Positions 42,860 to 57,278 of a stretch of 64,000 bases of DNA are shown here, piece by piece. Numbering within the stretch: position 1 is the stretch's first letter; every line of letters starts with the position of its first letter. Source of the DNA: Eledone cirrhosa (Eukaryota). The stretch is taken from positions 30,504,001 to 30,568,000 of the forward strand of contig OZ024743.1 in assembly GCA_964016885.1 (NCBI GenBank). Direction: 5' to 3'. The position numbers were made by a program, and so were the translations under genes. The notes beneath the pieces are model-generated. The model was not told where the DNA came from. It did no database searches and worked only from the letters and a program-made list of their open reading frames with translations.

Positions 42860-42902
<43 letters not shown>

Positions 42903-43088
42903 GAAACGAGTCATCTGGGAAGTGATATATTTGATATATCTCATATAAAATGATACAGCCAATTCTCCACACAATACAATATAGTTAGCACCCTGAACGT
43001 TTAATTAGGAATATACTCATATATTTCCTAATGTTTGTTGAGTGAGTTGGAATTTGGCCGGAGAATCGGTATTAGCTCTCTCCGTTTA

Positions 43089-44733
<1,645 letters not shown>

Positions 44734-44769
44734 TATATAATATAGAGGTTTTTATATACATACACTAGA

Positions 44770-44875
44770 CAGAGCCAGAGATATATAAAAGTAAACTGAC
44801 ATTTTTAAAGAGGCTGTTTGCATAATTGCAAACGAATCGAATAATATTATTATTATTAATATTCGAAAAAGTCAG

Positions 44876-44926
<51 letters not shown>

Positions 44927-45350
44927 TAGAATATCGGGTAAACGGAACAGGGAAGTGCGGAGCGCATTAGATCAGGAATTAAATACGTTCCATATACCTA
45001 TTAAAATGCAAAACATATGCAATTATTCGTAACGGAAATCTTAGATACGTATTTATGAACGGTTGTGTATACTTATGCGAGCTTAGGATTATGAATAACG
45101 TCGTATGTTTGGTATTTTAGTAGATAATTTGAAAGTACCTGAGTGCTGCCCTAAGACCAACATACATAACAAGTTCTCTGCTATATCATTTAACTATATA
45201 TCATTTATTATCAATATAATAGCAGCTAGATGTTAAAATTTTTATATTATCATAGGTCGCCTTACAATCTTTCAAGTATATTATATTAAAATTGTCATAT
45301 TATGTTTTATTAAGTATAATTATACAACCAATTACATACACTTTCGCTAA
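44770..45350 (-). pseudogene. Decayed Cys-loop receptor N-terminal half (likely continues at 43090-42900 beyond the Helitron)
   Basis: KATYDNIKIL..NKxYIVKxYSRELVMYVGL (~NKxxRPVxxxSxxLxVxVGL), FRLPDILI (~IWLPDIL). Confidence 0.5.
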
Positions 45351-45422
45351 AAGACAGTAGATACTGTATGTAGAGAAATATGTAAATTTAAATCAACTGA
45401 TTTGGGCCGCCGATCTTTTGTT

Positions 45423-45700
45423 AATAATAATAATAATTGTTTCTACTTTCGGCACAAGGCCAGCAATTATTCCAGTGCATTACTGGTACTTTATTTTATC
45501 GATCCCGTGAGGATGAAAGGCAAAGTTAACCTCGGCGGGATTTGAATTCAGACCATAAAGGGCCGCAAATCTTTGCTGAAAGCATGGCGTCCGAACCTCT
45601 ACTGATACTGCCAATCCACCGTAATTGTTTCTATTTTGGGCACAAGGCCAGCAATTACCCCAGTGCACTACTGGTACTTTATTTTATCGACCCCTTAATG
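45423..45700 (-). mobile_element. SINE (45423-45620) plus a second 3' SINE fragment (45623-45700)
   Basis: Same family as 13535-13730; (AAT)n tail. Confidence 0.85.
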
Positions 45701-45707
45701 ATGAAAT

Positions 45708-48700
45708 ATAATAATAATAGTAGTAATAATAGTTTCATTTATTGGTCAGAAGGCCGACATATAGGGGACAATACAAAAGACAGGGACATATAGGGGACAA
45801 CACAAAAGACAATACAACGTGTAAACAATATAAATAACAATAACAAAATAACAATAACATTACAAGGGAAATTCCCTAATATGGGGAGGGGGATGACCAC
45901 CCAGGGTTCACTCAGGTACTCCATCAATCCTGAACGACCCGATGCTTTGTGAGCACCCAGGAAGGGCACTCCTCTCTCCTCAACTTCCCCACAGGCACAT
46001 GATCAGAGTAGACCCTCTCACACGAACAATTCTCGCCACATTCACCCATCTTCAGCAAATGTACTGTGGGGCAGCACTTCCATCTCCACCCTCACCTTCC
46101 TTTGCAAGTGTAGCTTGAACAATTTGATGAGGGATTGGCCGAAGAGAAAAGACCTTTCAACATGGTCCATCATATAACCTCTTTCGCTACTGCCACCAAA
46201 CAGAGGAAAATTGCCTGCCCTTCCTCGACAAAAGAAGGCTCGGTTCGATCTTCACTATAGACTCGGCCGGCACCCGTGTCCGTTTTCCACGGGACAACAG
46301 CTGTCCTACATAACTCCTCAAGTCAGAAATGCACGGACACTGGCCGAGTGCGTGCCGAACGGTTTCGTCGCTCTGCGCGCATCTCGAGCTGGTCCGTCTG
46401 ACACCACGTCCGTTCCTGTAGAGTGTATCTTGAACCGGCAGTGCCCCCCTCCCCCCCACGGTAGCACTGCAAAGCGAGGCATTTTTGGAAATTATCCATC
46501 GTCCCCGACTTGAAGGTCCTCCGGAATAGACTAGTTACTTCGACTTCGTTGACCACCAGAACATCGCCGAGTGCATCGTCGCACTTGCCCACCACTATTC
46601 CGCTATAGAACTCGTGAGTGGAAGTTTCAGTGACCGCATTGCCCGCCTGGTAGAGGAAATTGAGTGCCTGGCAATATTCTAGATGCCAGTCACCATGTCT
46701 ACGTCTCTTCTTGACCCAGGACTGCAGCTCAGTCAAATAGACGAGCTGCGAAATGGCCCGTCTGACAGACGGCGATCACACTTGTTTACCGTTTAGCAAG
46801 AAATTCTGGAGATGCCGCAGTATCAGCGCATGTCTGCTCATCATTAGCCATTGCATGCCCAACCCTCCACGTAGAGGTTGCTGGTAGCAGATGGACCGCC
46901 TCACCAACGGAACGTATCGCCTCCACAAGAATTTGAAGAGGAGCCATTCCAAGTGGCGAGACACGAACAGGGGCAAGGGACGACGGTCAGACGGTAGTAG
47001 ATGACGGGTGCGATGTACGCGTTCGCCACCTCCCCCCGTCCTTTCAGTGATAGCTTCCTCGCAGCCTATTTCTGGGTGAGACTGGCTACCCTGCCTGTCA
47101 CCTCGTCCCAATTCTTATCCACCTGGAGTTCAGGCCCGAAACAAATCCCGAGCAACTTTACCGGTTCGTCTGTCCAGGACCCAATGACGCTTTTGGATAG
47201 CATGGACTTGCCTCTCCATGTGCCGAGTTGTAATCCCACCGACTTATCCGGCTTAAGTTTTGCTCCTGTCAACCTTTCATATTCCACCAATTAGTTGCCG
47301 ACCACCTCGATCTCCGAGGTGTGCGACACCATCACGGTGATGTCGTCCGCATAAGCCGACACAAACTTTCCGCGTCCTGTTTCGAACGGGATGCCCTGAA
47401 ACATCTTCAGCTTCTGCAGTAAGGGCTCGAGAGTCAATACGTAAAAAGGGAGGAGAGAGGGCACCCTTGACGGACCGATCGGGAGATCTAAAATGGTTCC
47501 GAGAGGTGGGTTTAACTTTGACCACTGAGCAGATGCCGCTCTGCATTGCAGCGATCCAGCTTCTGAAGACGGGATGAAGCCAGCTGCCTTGAGGACAGCC
47601 TCCAGGTACCGATGGCCGACCCCATCGAATGCTTTGGATTGATCTAAATTGATCCGAGCCCTACGGAAGCCAGGTTTATTCCCTTACCTTCTCTATATAT
47701 ATCGCAGGAGGTAGAGGTTGTCGTGTATGGACCTCGTCAGGATTGCGCAATTTCGCGCCTCCCAAACCATATCCTCGACGACAAGTGCCAACTTCTTCGC
47801 TAACACCTTGGCCAAAATCTTCAAATCTGAGTTGAGCAGAGTTATGGGCCTGAAATTGTCTAATGTGTCCCTCTTGTTCTCTTCTTTCCTTATCAGCGTC
47901 ACTACGCCCCGGCTCACAGAACTGGGTATATACCCGTTCTGCTGCCAGTTGCAGTAGAGCGCTTCAAGGAGATCGGAGAGCAAGTCTAGCATATTTACGT
48001 AAACTCGTAGGGCAGACCATCCAAACCGGGGTACTTGCGCGTCATCCAGCCGAAAAGGGCACTCTGAGTCTCGGCTGTCTGAAGTAATCGGCTATTCGCC
48101 GCACTCAGCGCCGTTCATCGAGAGTTACGGCAAGCCATTGATGTAGGGACTGAAGTCCGCCACCGTCTCTGACCTGCCACATCCCCCGAACAAACGAGCA
48201 AAATGTTGGCGAATGCCTTCACACATGCGCTTGGAATCGCTTAGCTCGTGTCCATCCCGGTCCGCCAAAGACCGACTTGTGGTTTTATTACCCCGCTGCG
48301 CCTCTTCTACGCGGGCCCATTGAACAGGTTTGGTTCCGTCGTTTCTCAGAGCACCCGCCTTAGCTCTGACAATGCAACCTTCGTGTTTCGCATTGAAGAG
48401 ATGGTTTAATGCCATTCTCGCCGCTAGCACGTTAGTTCCAAATCCACCACAAATACCATCGTGTAACTTACATATCAGCTCCTTCTCCTTTCTATTTTTC
48501 TCTAACGCTACTTCTTTGCTAAACCCTATTGACATTATTCTAATCTCTCTTTTGAGAGCCCCCCACCATCTATTATTGTTGACTCCCCCTGTCAACTTTT
48601 TCTTGACTAAATTGTTGACCCGGACCCTGTAAGCTTTTTGTGCGGGAAACGACATGTTCAGCTTCCAGTAACCAGTTCCTAACCTACGCGTCTTATCTAG

Positions 48701-50338
48701 GTCGACCATATAAAACACAAACTTGTGATCTGAATAGGCGACCATATGTAATTGTGGACACCCTATACTATCCGTATCCACTAATCTAATTAGAAACCTA
48801 TCTAAGTACGATCTAGATGTCACTAAATGATTTGTCCAGGCCCATGCTGGCGAATTAGGGAAATCTAGTCGGTACCTGTCAGACATTTGGAACTGGCTGA
48901 TCGCATACTCCCACACAGTCCCAGCGTGCGTCTAAGATGCCGTTCCAGTCCCCCGCTAACAGTAAAGGGCGAGACGTACCCAGAAATGCTTCCAGGCGCG
49001 TAAAGAAATTCTACCCCGGTAGTGGCGTAGACGGCCACCAGTCTAAAGGCACCACTTTAGCTATTGTTCACGTCCAGGACCACCGACTTACCGTACGGGT
49101 CCCGGAAGATCGCCCTTACCTCTAGATCCAGGCCTTTTCTAAACAGCGCTGCCACCCCGCCTCCCATTTCCGGCCGACTAACAGATGCGAACATCTGATA
49201 GTCATCGAAAATGGGGGCTAATTCGCACGTGTCGGAAATCCTGATCTCGCTGACGGCAATTGCATCCATTTCTAGAAACCCGATGTCGTTGAGCAGGTGA
49301 CCTTGCATCGATGACGACCCCAGGCCTCGAACATTTAAACATCCTCCTCTTAATATGGCCATTGGCAGGCTAAAAGAGAGAGGAAAAGTTCACTTATCTC
49401 CCGGGCTCTCGCGAAGGTCTGCTGGTTCGACCTCCATAGTTTGTGGGGTTTCTTTTGGGAATCCCTATAAAAGCCTACTTGAGGCTTTTAGATTGAGTGT
49501 CCTCACTTCGTTAGGGAAGCTCTCCCTATTTGTTTTATAATTGCTTAGTGCCATTTCCACCAGTAAAAGTGTGTGTACCACTTTGAAGGTGCAGGTGTCA
49601 AACGCCTCCCTCTCTTTCTCTAATTCTTTACTTCGTGTCATGGGGTTCAGTTGTTTTGTGTTCGATTTCCTCACTAACACGAAGTTAAATGTTGGTGTGG
49701 TTGTAAGTTGTGTGTGTTTTCTTTTAGTTGTTTGTGTTCGTGGTAGTGTTGTTGGTGGAGATGGTGTCTATGTTGACGGTTGTTTTGTTGCGGGAGTGGG
49801 TGTTGTAGTATGTGTATCTGTGTTTGGTACGAATGTGTCTTATTTGTTTGCTGTTTGTGTTTGTGTCTGAGATTTCTTATCGTTTTTTATTTTTTTTATT
49901 TTTAGGCTTTTGGTGTTCCTCCTCATCTTCGCTCAGTGATGAAGATGTTTCTGTGTTTGTGTCAGATGTAAGTTGCAGTGCGTGTATGGGTGTGTGTGTT
50001 TCAATGTGTGTGTGTGTGTTCGAGAGGGAGAGAGCGGGAGATCTTCTTTGGAGTGGCCCCTGGATGGTATTGGTGGTCTTTTCAGTTGTTGTTGATTCTG
50101 CTGGTATTGCTGCTGCAGATTTTGTTGTTGATGTTGTTGTTTCGCGATGAGGCCCCGGCGTCGGCAGCAACGGAGACTTTTGACCCCTTGCATTTTTCAA
50201 CAGCTGAGGGCAAAAATCTCGTAACTGTGTTTCTTCACCACAACCGAAACAGCGGGGCCTTTCGCCGTCAGCCATCACTTTTGGAGGCGGATCTGCTCCG
50301 GGATTGTCTTTATTTCTTCAAGTTTGATCTGGAGCGCC
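45708..50338 (-). mobile_element. Tx1-like LINE 1: 3' half of ORF1, complete but frameshifted ORF2 (APE-RT), 3'UTR, AATAAA, (TTA)n tail
   Basis: RPRCFGCG knuckle; LNVRGL..AVSE, YSDH, GYWKLN; NFRPITLLNSDLKILAKV; SAYADDI (~47350). Confidence 0.95.
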
Positions 50339-53300
50339 ACTGCTCCCCGGCTCACAAAATGGGAATGCTCCCGTTCTGCTGCCAGTTGCAGTAGACGTCT
50401 GCCAAGAGGTCACCGAACAAGTCTGGCATAAATGCATAAAGCTCGTAGGGCAGACCATCTAAACCTGGCAATTAACCTCTTGTGCAGTTAGCCATCGCTT
50501 CCCGTATTTCACCGGCTGTTATTGGCTTTTCGCAACTCTGTGCTGCGGTCGTCGAGAGCCAAGGCAGTCCGTCGAGGTATGCACTGAAGTCCATGCCCCA
50601 ATCCGGGGCGCCGCCGCTCCCGAACAGTTCAGCAAAGTGCTGCTGAAAAGCTTCACACATCCGCTCGGGTTCGAGCATCACGCACCCGTTTTGGTCAGAC
50701 AAAGACTGAATTGTGGTTTTATTGCCACGTCGCATCTCTGCCACCCGGGCCCATTGGACGGCTTTTGTCCCCTCGTGTTTCAGAGCACGCGCTCTAGCTC
50801 TGACAACGCAGCCTTCGTGCTTTGCGTTGAAGAATTGGTCGAGTGCCAATCTCGCCGCAAGCACGTCGGGTGGGATGCCTGTCCTAAACGCCTCTTCTAG
50901 CTTTCTGACTAGCTCTCCCTCTACTCTATTTTCCTCTATCACTACTCCTTTGCTAAACTTAATCGACTCTACTTTAATTGCCCTTTCAGGGCGAACCACC
51001 ACCTGTTGTTGACGACCGCTCCCGTCAACGCCGGCTTAACTAATACGCTAATCCGGTCTCTGTAGGCCTTGCGCGCCGGGAAAGACGCGTTCAGCTTCCA
51101 GTAACCTGGCCCTTGTCTATGAAGTCTGTCTATGTCGATCTCACAGATCACAAATTTGTGGTCTGTGTAGTCGACTATTTTAAATTGTGGACAACTTATA
51201 CTAGCCTTATCTAGTTCCCTGCAGAATACCCTATCTAGATACGATCTGGATGACCCGTTACGGTTTATCCATGTCCACATTGGCACATTCGGGTGATCCA
51301 GTCGATACCTGTCAGACAGTTCAAAACGTCTGAGCAGGTTGGTGAGGCTCTTGCACCCTCCTCCCCTATCCACTAGCCCCACACGATCCCAGCGTGCATC
51401 CAAGATACCGTCCCAGTCGCCCACTAACATTAAAGAGCGGGACGTTCCAAGAAGGTCTCTAGACGTCTGAAGAAATCTGGCCGTCCTGCCCCTGTTGGGG
51501 CGTAGACGGGTACTAGCCTTAAAGCATTGCCTTCGCTTCCGGTCACGTCCAGCTCCACCGACTTACCTTCTGGGTCCAGGAAGATGGCCCGTATCGCGAG
51601 ATCCAAGCCTCTCCGAAAAAGGATGGCAACCCATCCCCTCGATCCTGGACGGCTGGGAGATGCGTATACATCGTAGCCGCCGAAGATCGGTGCGAAGGCC
51701 CGTGTCTCGGAGATTCTGGTTTCACTGATGGCCACCACATCTATGTTTAGTGACCTGAGATCATTGAGCAGGTGACCCTGCTGCCAAGATGAACCCAGGC
51801 CACGTGCATTTATACTGCCTATTCTGAGTACAGCCATGTTGGATGAGAAACGGGGCAAATGAGAAAGGGTCACTTACCTTGTTCGTGTGGTGAAGGGACA
51901 GTAGAACCGTCTCTTTCGCTGGTCATGGGTGTTTCCAAGAGGATGTCAGTGTATATCCTCTTGGTAACCGTCCCTCTGAAGTCTCCAACTGCGATGGGGA
52001 ATTTTTGTTTTAAAGATTTGTATTGTTCTATTGAGATTTCGATGATGCTTATGTTTGTCGGGAGAGTTCTTGGTGTTGGTGGGGTGTAGTAGTATTTTTC
52101 CGTGATGTCTGTGTGCTGCTTTATATATTTATGAGTTTTTTTTGCTATGTTTATGGCTGTGTACTTTTTGGGGGGAGGGGTGATTTTGTTGCCGTTTTCT
52201 TATTGTTGCTGTTTGGTCTGTGTGTCTTGTTGTGTTTGCGTTGTTGGTGTTTGTGGTGGTGTTGCTGCAAGTTTTCTTGCTGCCTTTACCCCTCATTGTA
52301 TACCTTCGCTTTTGGAGAGTGAACCTAAGGTTTCTTTTTGTTTTTTTGTTTTTTGTGGCAGATGTTTGCCACGTCACTCCCGCCTCAAACTCCATGTCGG
52401 ATTCTGTGGCGTCTGGGAGGGGCATGTGCTCCAAGGCTGTTGGTGCTGGTAATGGAGCCCTCTTCGGCAATTTTGTTGCTGGTGTAGCTATTTCAAATGT
52501 AGCTATTGGTGTTGCCGCTACTGATGATGCTGCTTTAGTTATCCGTGGCCTTGGTACGGGTGCTTGTACGTTGCCCACCTACTCACCGTGGAAGGGGCTT
52601 CTTCGTGTGTTGCCTGTCCTGCTCTTGGTAGCAGCGGACCAGGTATTGGAAGGAGCGTGGCCCTCTTCGGTGTCTTCTGCGGGCAAAAGGCCCTGAGGTG
52701 ACCTTTCGACCCACAGAGATACCATTTTGGCCGTCTTCCTTCTACACTTATAGGGAGTTGGAGTCCTTCCTCGAAGTCTATGATATCGGGGATAGCCTTG
52801 ATACATTCCTGGTCAGTTTGTATAAGCATCTGAATGCCTATACCTGACCAGTTCTCTCTCCCTATTTTTTCTACTTGCAGCATAGTCGCCCTGTTCTCAT
52901 TTCCAGCAAGGACAGACGCGGCCAGACAAAGTATGGGCACGTCGGGTGGGCCCTGGGTCACTTTGACCCTCACAAATTTCTGCCCGCAGTAGGAGGGCAC
53001 CAATACTAACTCCTCACTCTTTAGGGTTTCGAAACTGTGAGACTTTGCTTTCTGGGGGTGGCGAAAAGTACGTCTACTGTGGCGCACTTTCTGCCTCGGG
53101 TGATGTGGGTTTTGCGTGCCAGACGCACGCCAAGGCCTTTTGGATTTGAGCCTCCGTGGCTCTCTCCACTCGATGTAAGATTTTGCTTACGGTGCGGTAA
53201 GTCACCGTCCGTAGCTGCTGGTCCTTGAAAAAATCGGGTGGAGGTTTCAGGGAAACTCTATTTGCGCTTCTTGTCACCATGGCCCTTGCGACTGCCATCT

Positions 53301-54120
53301 CCTCCTCTGTGACTAACACTGTCTCGATATTTCGGGCGACACCTGCAAAAGAAGTGGTCCCTTTTTCAGCAGCACCACTATTGCTGCCGCTACTGGTCTT
53401 ACTGGTGGTGTTGAGGTCCCTATTACAGGTATCGGTGTCATTGCTGTTCTTTTCGCTGGTACAGTTGTTGGTGTTGTTTTCGTTGATACTGTTGCTGCTG
53501 TTCGTGTTATTGGAGCTGTTGTTATTATTGTTGTTTTTGTTGATACTGTTCCTACTATTAATGTTGTTGTGGCTGTTGTTATTGTCATTGTTATTGTCGT
53601 TCTCGACCTTACCGCTGTTATTTTTGTTATTGTCGTTCTCGACCTTACCGCTGTTATTTTTGTTATTGTCGTTCTCGACTTTACCGCTGTTATTTTTGGT
53701 GTTGTTGTTGGTGATGTTGTTGGTGTTATTGTTGGTGTTGTTTGTGTTAGAAATATTTGGTAATTTTAAATCTGTAACAATCTTTTTTTCGTTTGTAATA
53801 TTTTCGTTTATATTTACCTCCGCTGGAACGCTGTCTTGTTGACATGCTGACAAAGTCTCCTGCTCTCTGTGTTGTCTGACAGCGCTCTCTCTCTTTGTGT
53901 TATCCATGTTGAAATTTTAAAAAATATATATTTTTACACAAATACAAATACGACACCCCGTAAAGGGGTGCCGTATTATTTACTAGTGAACCCCTGTATT
54001 AGGTGGGTCACTTCTTCTAAACTTTTATCAAATTTAAAACTTGAATAAAAGGTTTAGAACGGTTGAAAAAGTGGTAAAGCTTTGAAAACGACTGGAGGCG
54101 ATAAGAAGCGTGGCTTCACC
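50339..54120 (-). mobile_element. Tx1-like LINE 2: 5'UTR, ORF1 (Asn-rich N-term, zinc knuckle), APE; ends at start of RT
   Basis: ORFs 53074..53907, 52539..53087 (YLCGSKGHLRAFC), 51430..51873 (INARGL..AISET, VYAP), 50969..51430 (GDWD, YTDH, GYWKLN). Confidence 0.95.
53590..53695. repeat. 33-bp tandem x3 (NNSGKVENDNN.) in ORF1 Asn-rich region
   Basis: TTGTTATTGTCGTTCTCGACyTTACCGCTGTTA repeated. Confidence 0.9.
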
Positions 54121-54121
54121 A

Positions 54122-55482
54122 ACAATAATTATAATAATAATAATAATGCTTTCTTTATTAACCACAAGGGTTTACATAAAGTAGACATTAAGGACAGTAC
54201 AGGACAATACAGGACGGTACAATTGGGCATTTCTGCGTGTAAAAAAAAACAGAGGATATAATAAAAAATAACAATGAAATATTCCCCAATAAGGGGGAGA
54301 CTTCCGAGGGACATTTGTGGAGAAAGCCCATTTAAAGGTCACAGTGACCCTGACCACCAGGACAGGTGCCCTCTCCCAGTTTTCCACCTTTAATTTACAG
54401 ACTGATACTCAGAGTAGGCCCATTCACTCGGGCCATACTTGCTTCTCTCACCCATCTTTCAACAAAATGCTGGGAAGAGAGCCCTTCCCTCTCTACCCTG
54501 ATTTTCCTTTTCAAATGAAATTTGAAAAAGTTAATCAGGGTATCACCGAAAAGGTAAGTGCTCGTCTTCAGCCCTTTCAAACGTGTCTACCATACTATCT
54601 CTTTCGCCATGGCCACCAGACAGATAAAAACTGCCTGCCCTTCCCGGCTAAAGGAAGAAGGCGGGGCAATCCTCACGATGGACACGTGACAGCAAGTGTT
54701 CGACATAAACCCACTAGTCAGCAATGCTCGGACACTGGCCGAGTGCGTGCAGGACGGTTTCGTCGCCCTGCGCGCAACTCGGACATGCCCAGCCCTCCAC
54801 GTAGCGGGTGTTGACAGCAGATGGACCGCCTGACCATCGGAGCGCGTCCCTTCAACAAAAAGCGAAAGAGCAAACGCTCCATCGCAGTCAGGCGGGCTTA
54901 GGACATGGTACGACGGTCAGGCGGTAGTAGATGACGGACGCGATGTACGCGTTAGCCACCTCCGCTCGACCTTTTGGGTGAGCGAAGCCACCCTGCTCGT
55001 CACCTCGTCCCAGTTTTTGTCCGTCAGGATGTCCGGACCGAACCAGACCCCTAGAAATTTAACGGTACGTCTGTCCAGCGCTCGACGACGCTGTTGGACG
55101 GCATGGACCTGCCTCTCCAGGTGCCGAACTGCAGGCCCAGTGACTTTTCCTGGTTGATCATAGCTCCTGTCACCGCTTCGTATTCTCTTAGTGTAGTGCC
55201 GATCGCCTCGATGTGTTTAGCGTTCGACACCACTACGGTGACATCGTCGGCATATGCTGACACGGATCTTCCGCATCCTAGTTCGCGCGGGACCCCCCTC
55301 AACGTCTCAAGTTTGTGCAGTAATGGCTCGAGAGTCAATACGTACAAGAGGGACGAGAGGGGAAATCTTTGGCGGACCGAGCGCATGATGTTGAACGGTT
55401 CCGAAAGGTTACCGTTCACTCTCACCAGAGAGCAGATGTCGCTGTGCATGGCAGCGATCCAGCCTCTGAAGAGGGGCCCAAA
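54122..55482 (-). mobile_element. Tx1-like LINE 3: 5'-truncated, internally deleted, with AATAAA and (TTA)n tail
   Basis: ORF 55051..55449 SVRQ..PLS.LLYVL.LEPL, SAYADDV; 3'UTR similar to 45731-45900. Confidence 0.9.
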
Positions 55483-55858
55483 GGAATGCTAATGACTGCG
55501 CAAGAGCAGGCCCTCAAAACGAAGTGTGTGAAACACCATATTTACAAGGAGGAGGCTAGCCCACTGTATAGGATCTGTGGAGAGAGAGAGCGAGAGAGAG
55601 AGAGGAGACTGTGGCTCGCATTGTATCCGAGTGTAAAGACCTAGCTCAGACTCACTATAATGTTTCCAAGGATGGTTAAAGAAAATTAGTTCAGCCCCGC
55701 TTTTTGGAACACTTCAAAAGGCATGCTTGCTGGGAACAGCAAGAACACTCCGATGCGTCCTGAATATCTGAGGCTGCAGGTAGTGTCTTGATATTCATTT
55801 CAACAAACTTTCCAGTTGAAGAACATCAATGGCTGAGACTCAAAGAACAATAATAATA
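55483..55858 (+). mobile_element. R4/Dong-like (RLE) non-LTR retrotransposon 3' fragment
   Basis: TAQEQAL..SPLYRICGE..ETVARIVSEC..LAQTHY and terminal LQKACLLGTARTLR.VL; AATAATAAT tail. Confidence 0.8.
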
Positions 55859-56279
55859 TCAGTTTATATATATGTATATGTGTGTGTTTTTTTTTTTTTG
55901 GGGGGGGGGGGGGGGTGAAGGTAGATACGGTGTGTTTATGTATATCATGAATGAATGCTTAAACAAGAATGCTGCTTACCAGAGAGTTTGACTCGACGAT
56001 ATCCTTTGAATCGTATAGCATAAATATCCAAGCAGGTGAATATGGTATTTAGGACCAGAATAGAGCTCTGATAATATTAATATAAGCAAGTATCGCGCCA
56101 GGAAAGATAAGACGTCGCTGTGAACAGATTATGAATTTATTTGTTTTGACATATGAATCTCTGTCTATTAAATTGTCTACATGTGGTGACTTCAATATCT
56201 ATTGCAATACTTGATTATATATTACACTTTACCAGAAATACTATAGTATAGTGCAGTGCACTGCGCACACTTCCTTGAA

Positions 56280-57225
56280 AGGATGAGTGTATCAGTTTTC
56301 GTTGCATTGTTTATCATTCCAGCCATATAACACTCGGCATCAAACCGCGTGCAAGTCGGAGACCACCTTCTGTCACGTTAAGTAAGAACATGTCGTCTGT
56401 AAATTCCAGCCGACTGATTTTACACTTAACAGTCATGATACCATTTCCTATCCGGCTGCGCGTGTCAATCCTGTTCATGTAAATAATGAGCATAATAGGT
56501 ATGCACCCTTGGCGGAGACCGAGTCCCACATTGTATGGCTTCGATTTAGCTCCATTTATTCGAGGACAATTACAGGGCCATTCGTATAGAGATTCACAGT
56601 AGAAAGAAGCTGACCATCGATCCCATACTCCTGCACAACCTACAACAGCGGGTCCCATAAGCGCGGTCATATGTCTTTTCAAGATGGACACCACAAGAAT
56701 GTACCACTTGGTAATAGTCTTAAAATTTTTCGAAGACCTACCGTAGTGCGAATATTTGATCGGCTGTACTGCGCCTGGGCAAAAACCACACTGTCCATCA
56801 GCCAGCTCGGACTCGACAATTTCCCTCTGTCTTATTACCAGACATTTAGCATAGACTTTACCGGGGAGCTTTAACAAGTAGATCGTTCTGTAATAGGCTA
56901 ATGACCATAAGAAGACGATCATGAAAACAAGCGGGTGAATTGGGGTTCCTCCGAAGGTTCAATGGAGAAACGTTAATCGATAGAATGAGTAGATCAGTCA
57001 CCAGAAAGTCAGTACAGGTAGAGGTGTTACTTCACCGAAGTGAAAGATCACAGTTTCGATATTATGGACATGTGGTTAGAATGTCTGAGGAAAGATTCGC
57101 TGGACGAAAACAGGAATAAGGAGAAAAAACGAAGAAAGAGAAGAAGAAGAAGAAGAAGAAGAAGAAGAAGGAGAAGGAGAGGAGAAGGAGAAGGAGAAGG
57201 AGAATGAGGAGAGAAGAAGAAGAAG
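56280..57225. mobile_element. RTE LINE with 5' inversion: RT on minus (56280-56922), C-terminus and (GAA)n tail on plus
   Basis: ORF 56314..56922 LPGKVYAK..QCGF..GLRQGC..FTDD; plus strand ELGFLRR..GHVVRM.EER then (GAA)n. Confidence 0.8.
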
Positions 57226-57241
57226 TATATATATATACAAG

Positions 57242-57274
<33 letters not shown>

Positions 57275-57278
57275 ATAT

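Larger units (their letters stand above)
40735..42862 (+). mobile_element. Penelope-like element with inverted 5' pLTR (~280-bp arms)
   Basis: 40735-41013 is the reverse complement of 42579-42862; internal FLDVTLNL..PYRKPND, WFNPP, CNY..TCPLNNKC..VIY..YIG (frameshifted); (TA)n both sides. Confidence 0.95.

Noticed and set aside
51840-51885. Perfect AG|GTAAGT donor at the ORF1/ORF2 boundary of Tx1 element 2 (minus)
   Set aside because: Coincides with the ORF1 end (GK-stop); element 1 has ATAAGT there and the spacer is too short for an intron
53225-53842. 205-aa Leu-rich membrane-like ORF on plus
   Set aside because: Antisense reading of the Asn-rich Tx1 ORF1
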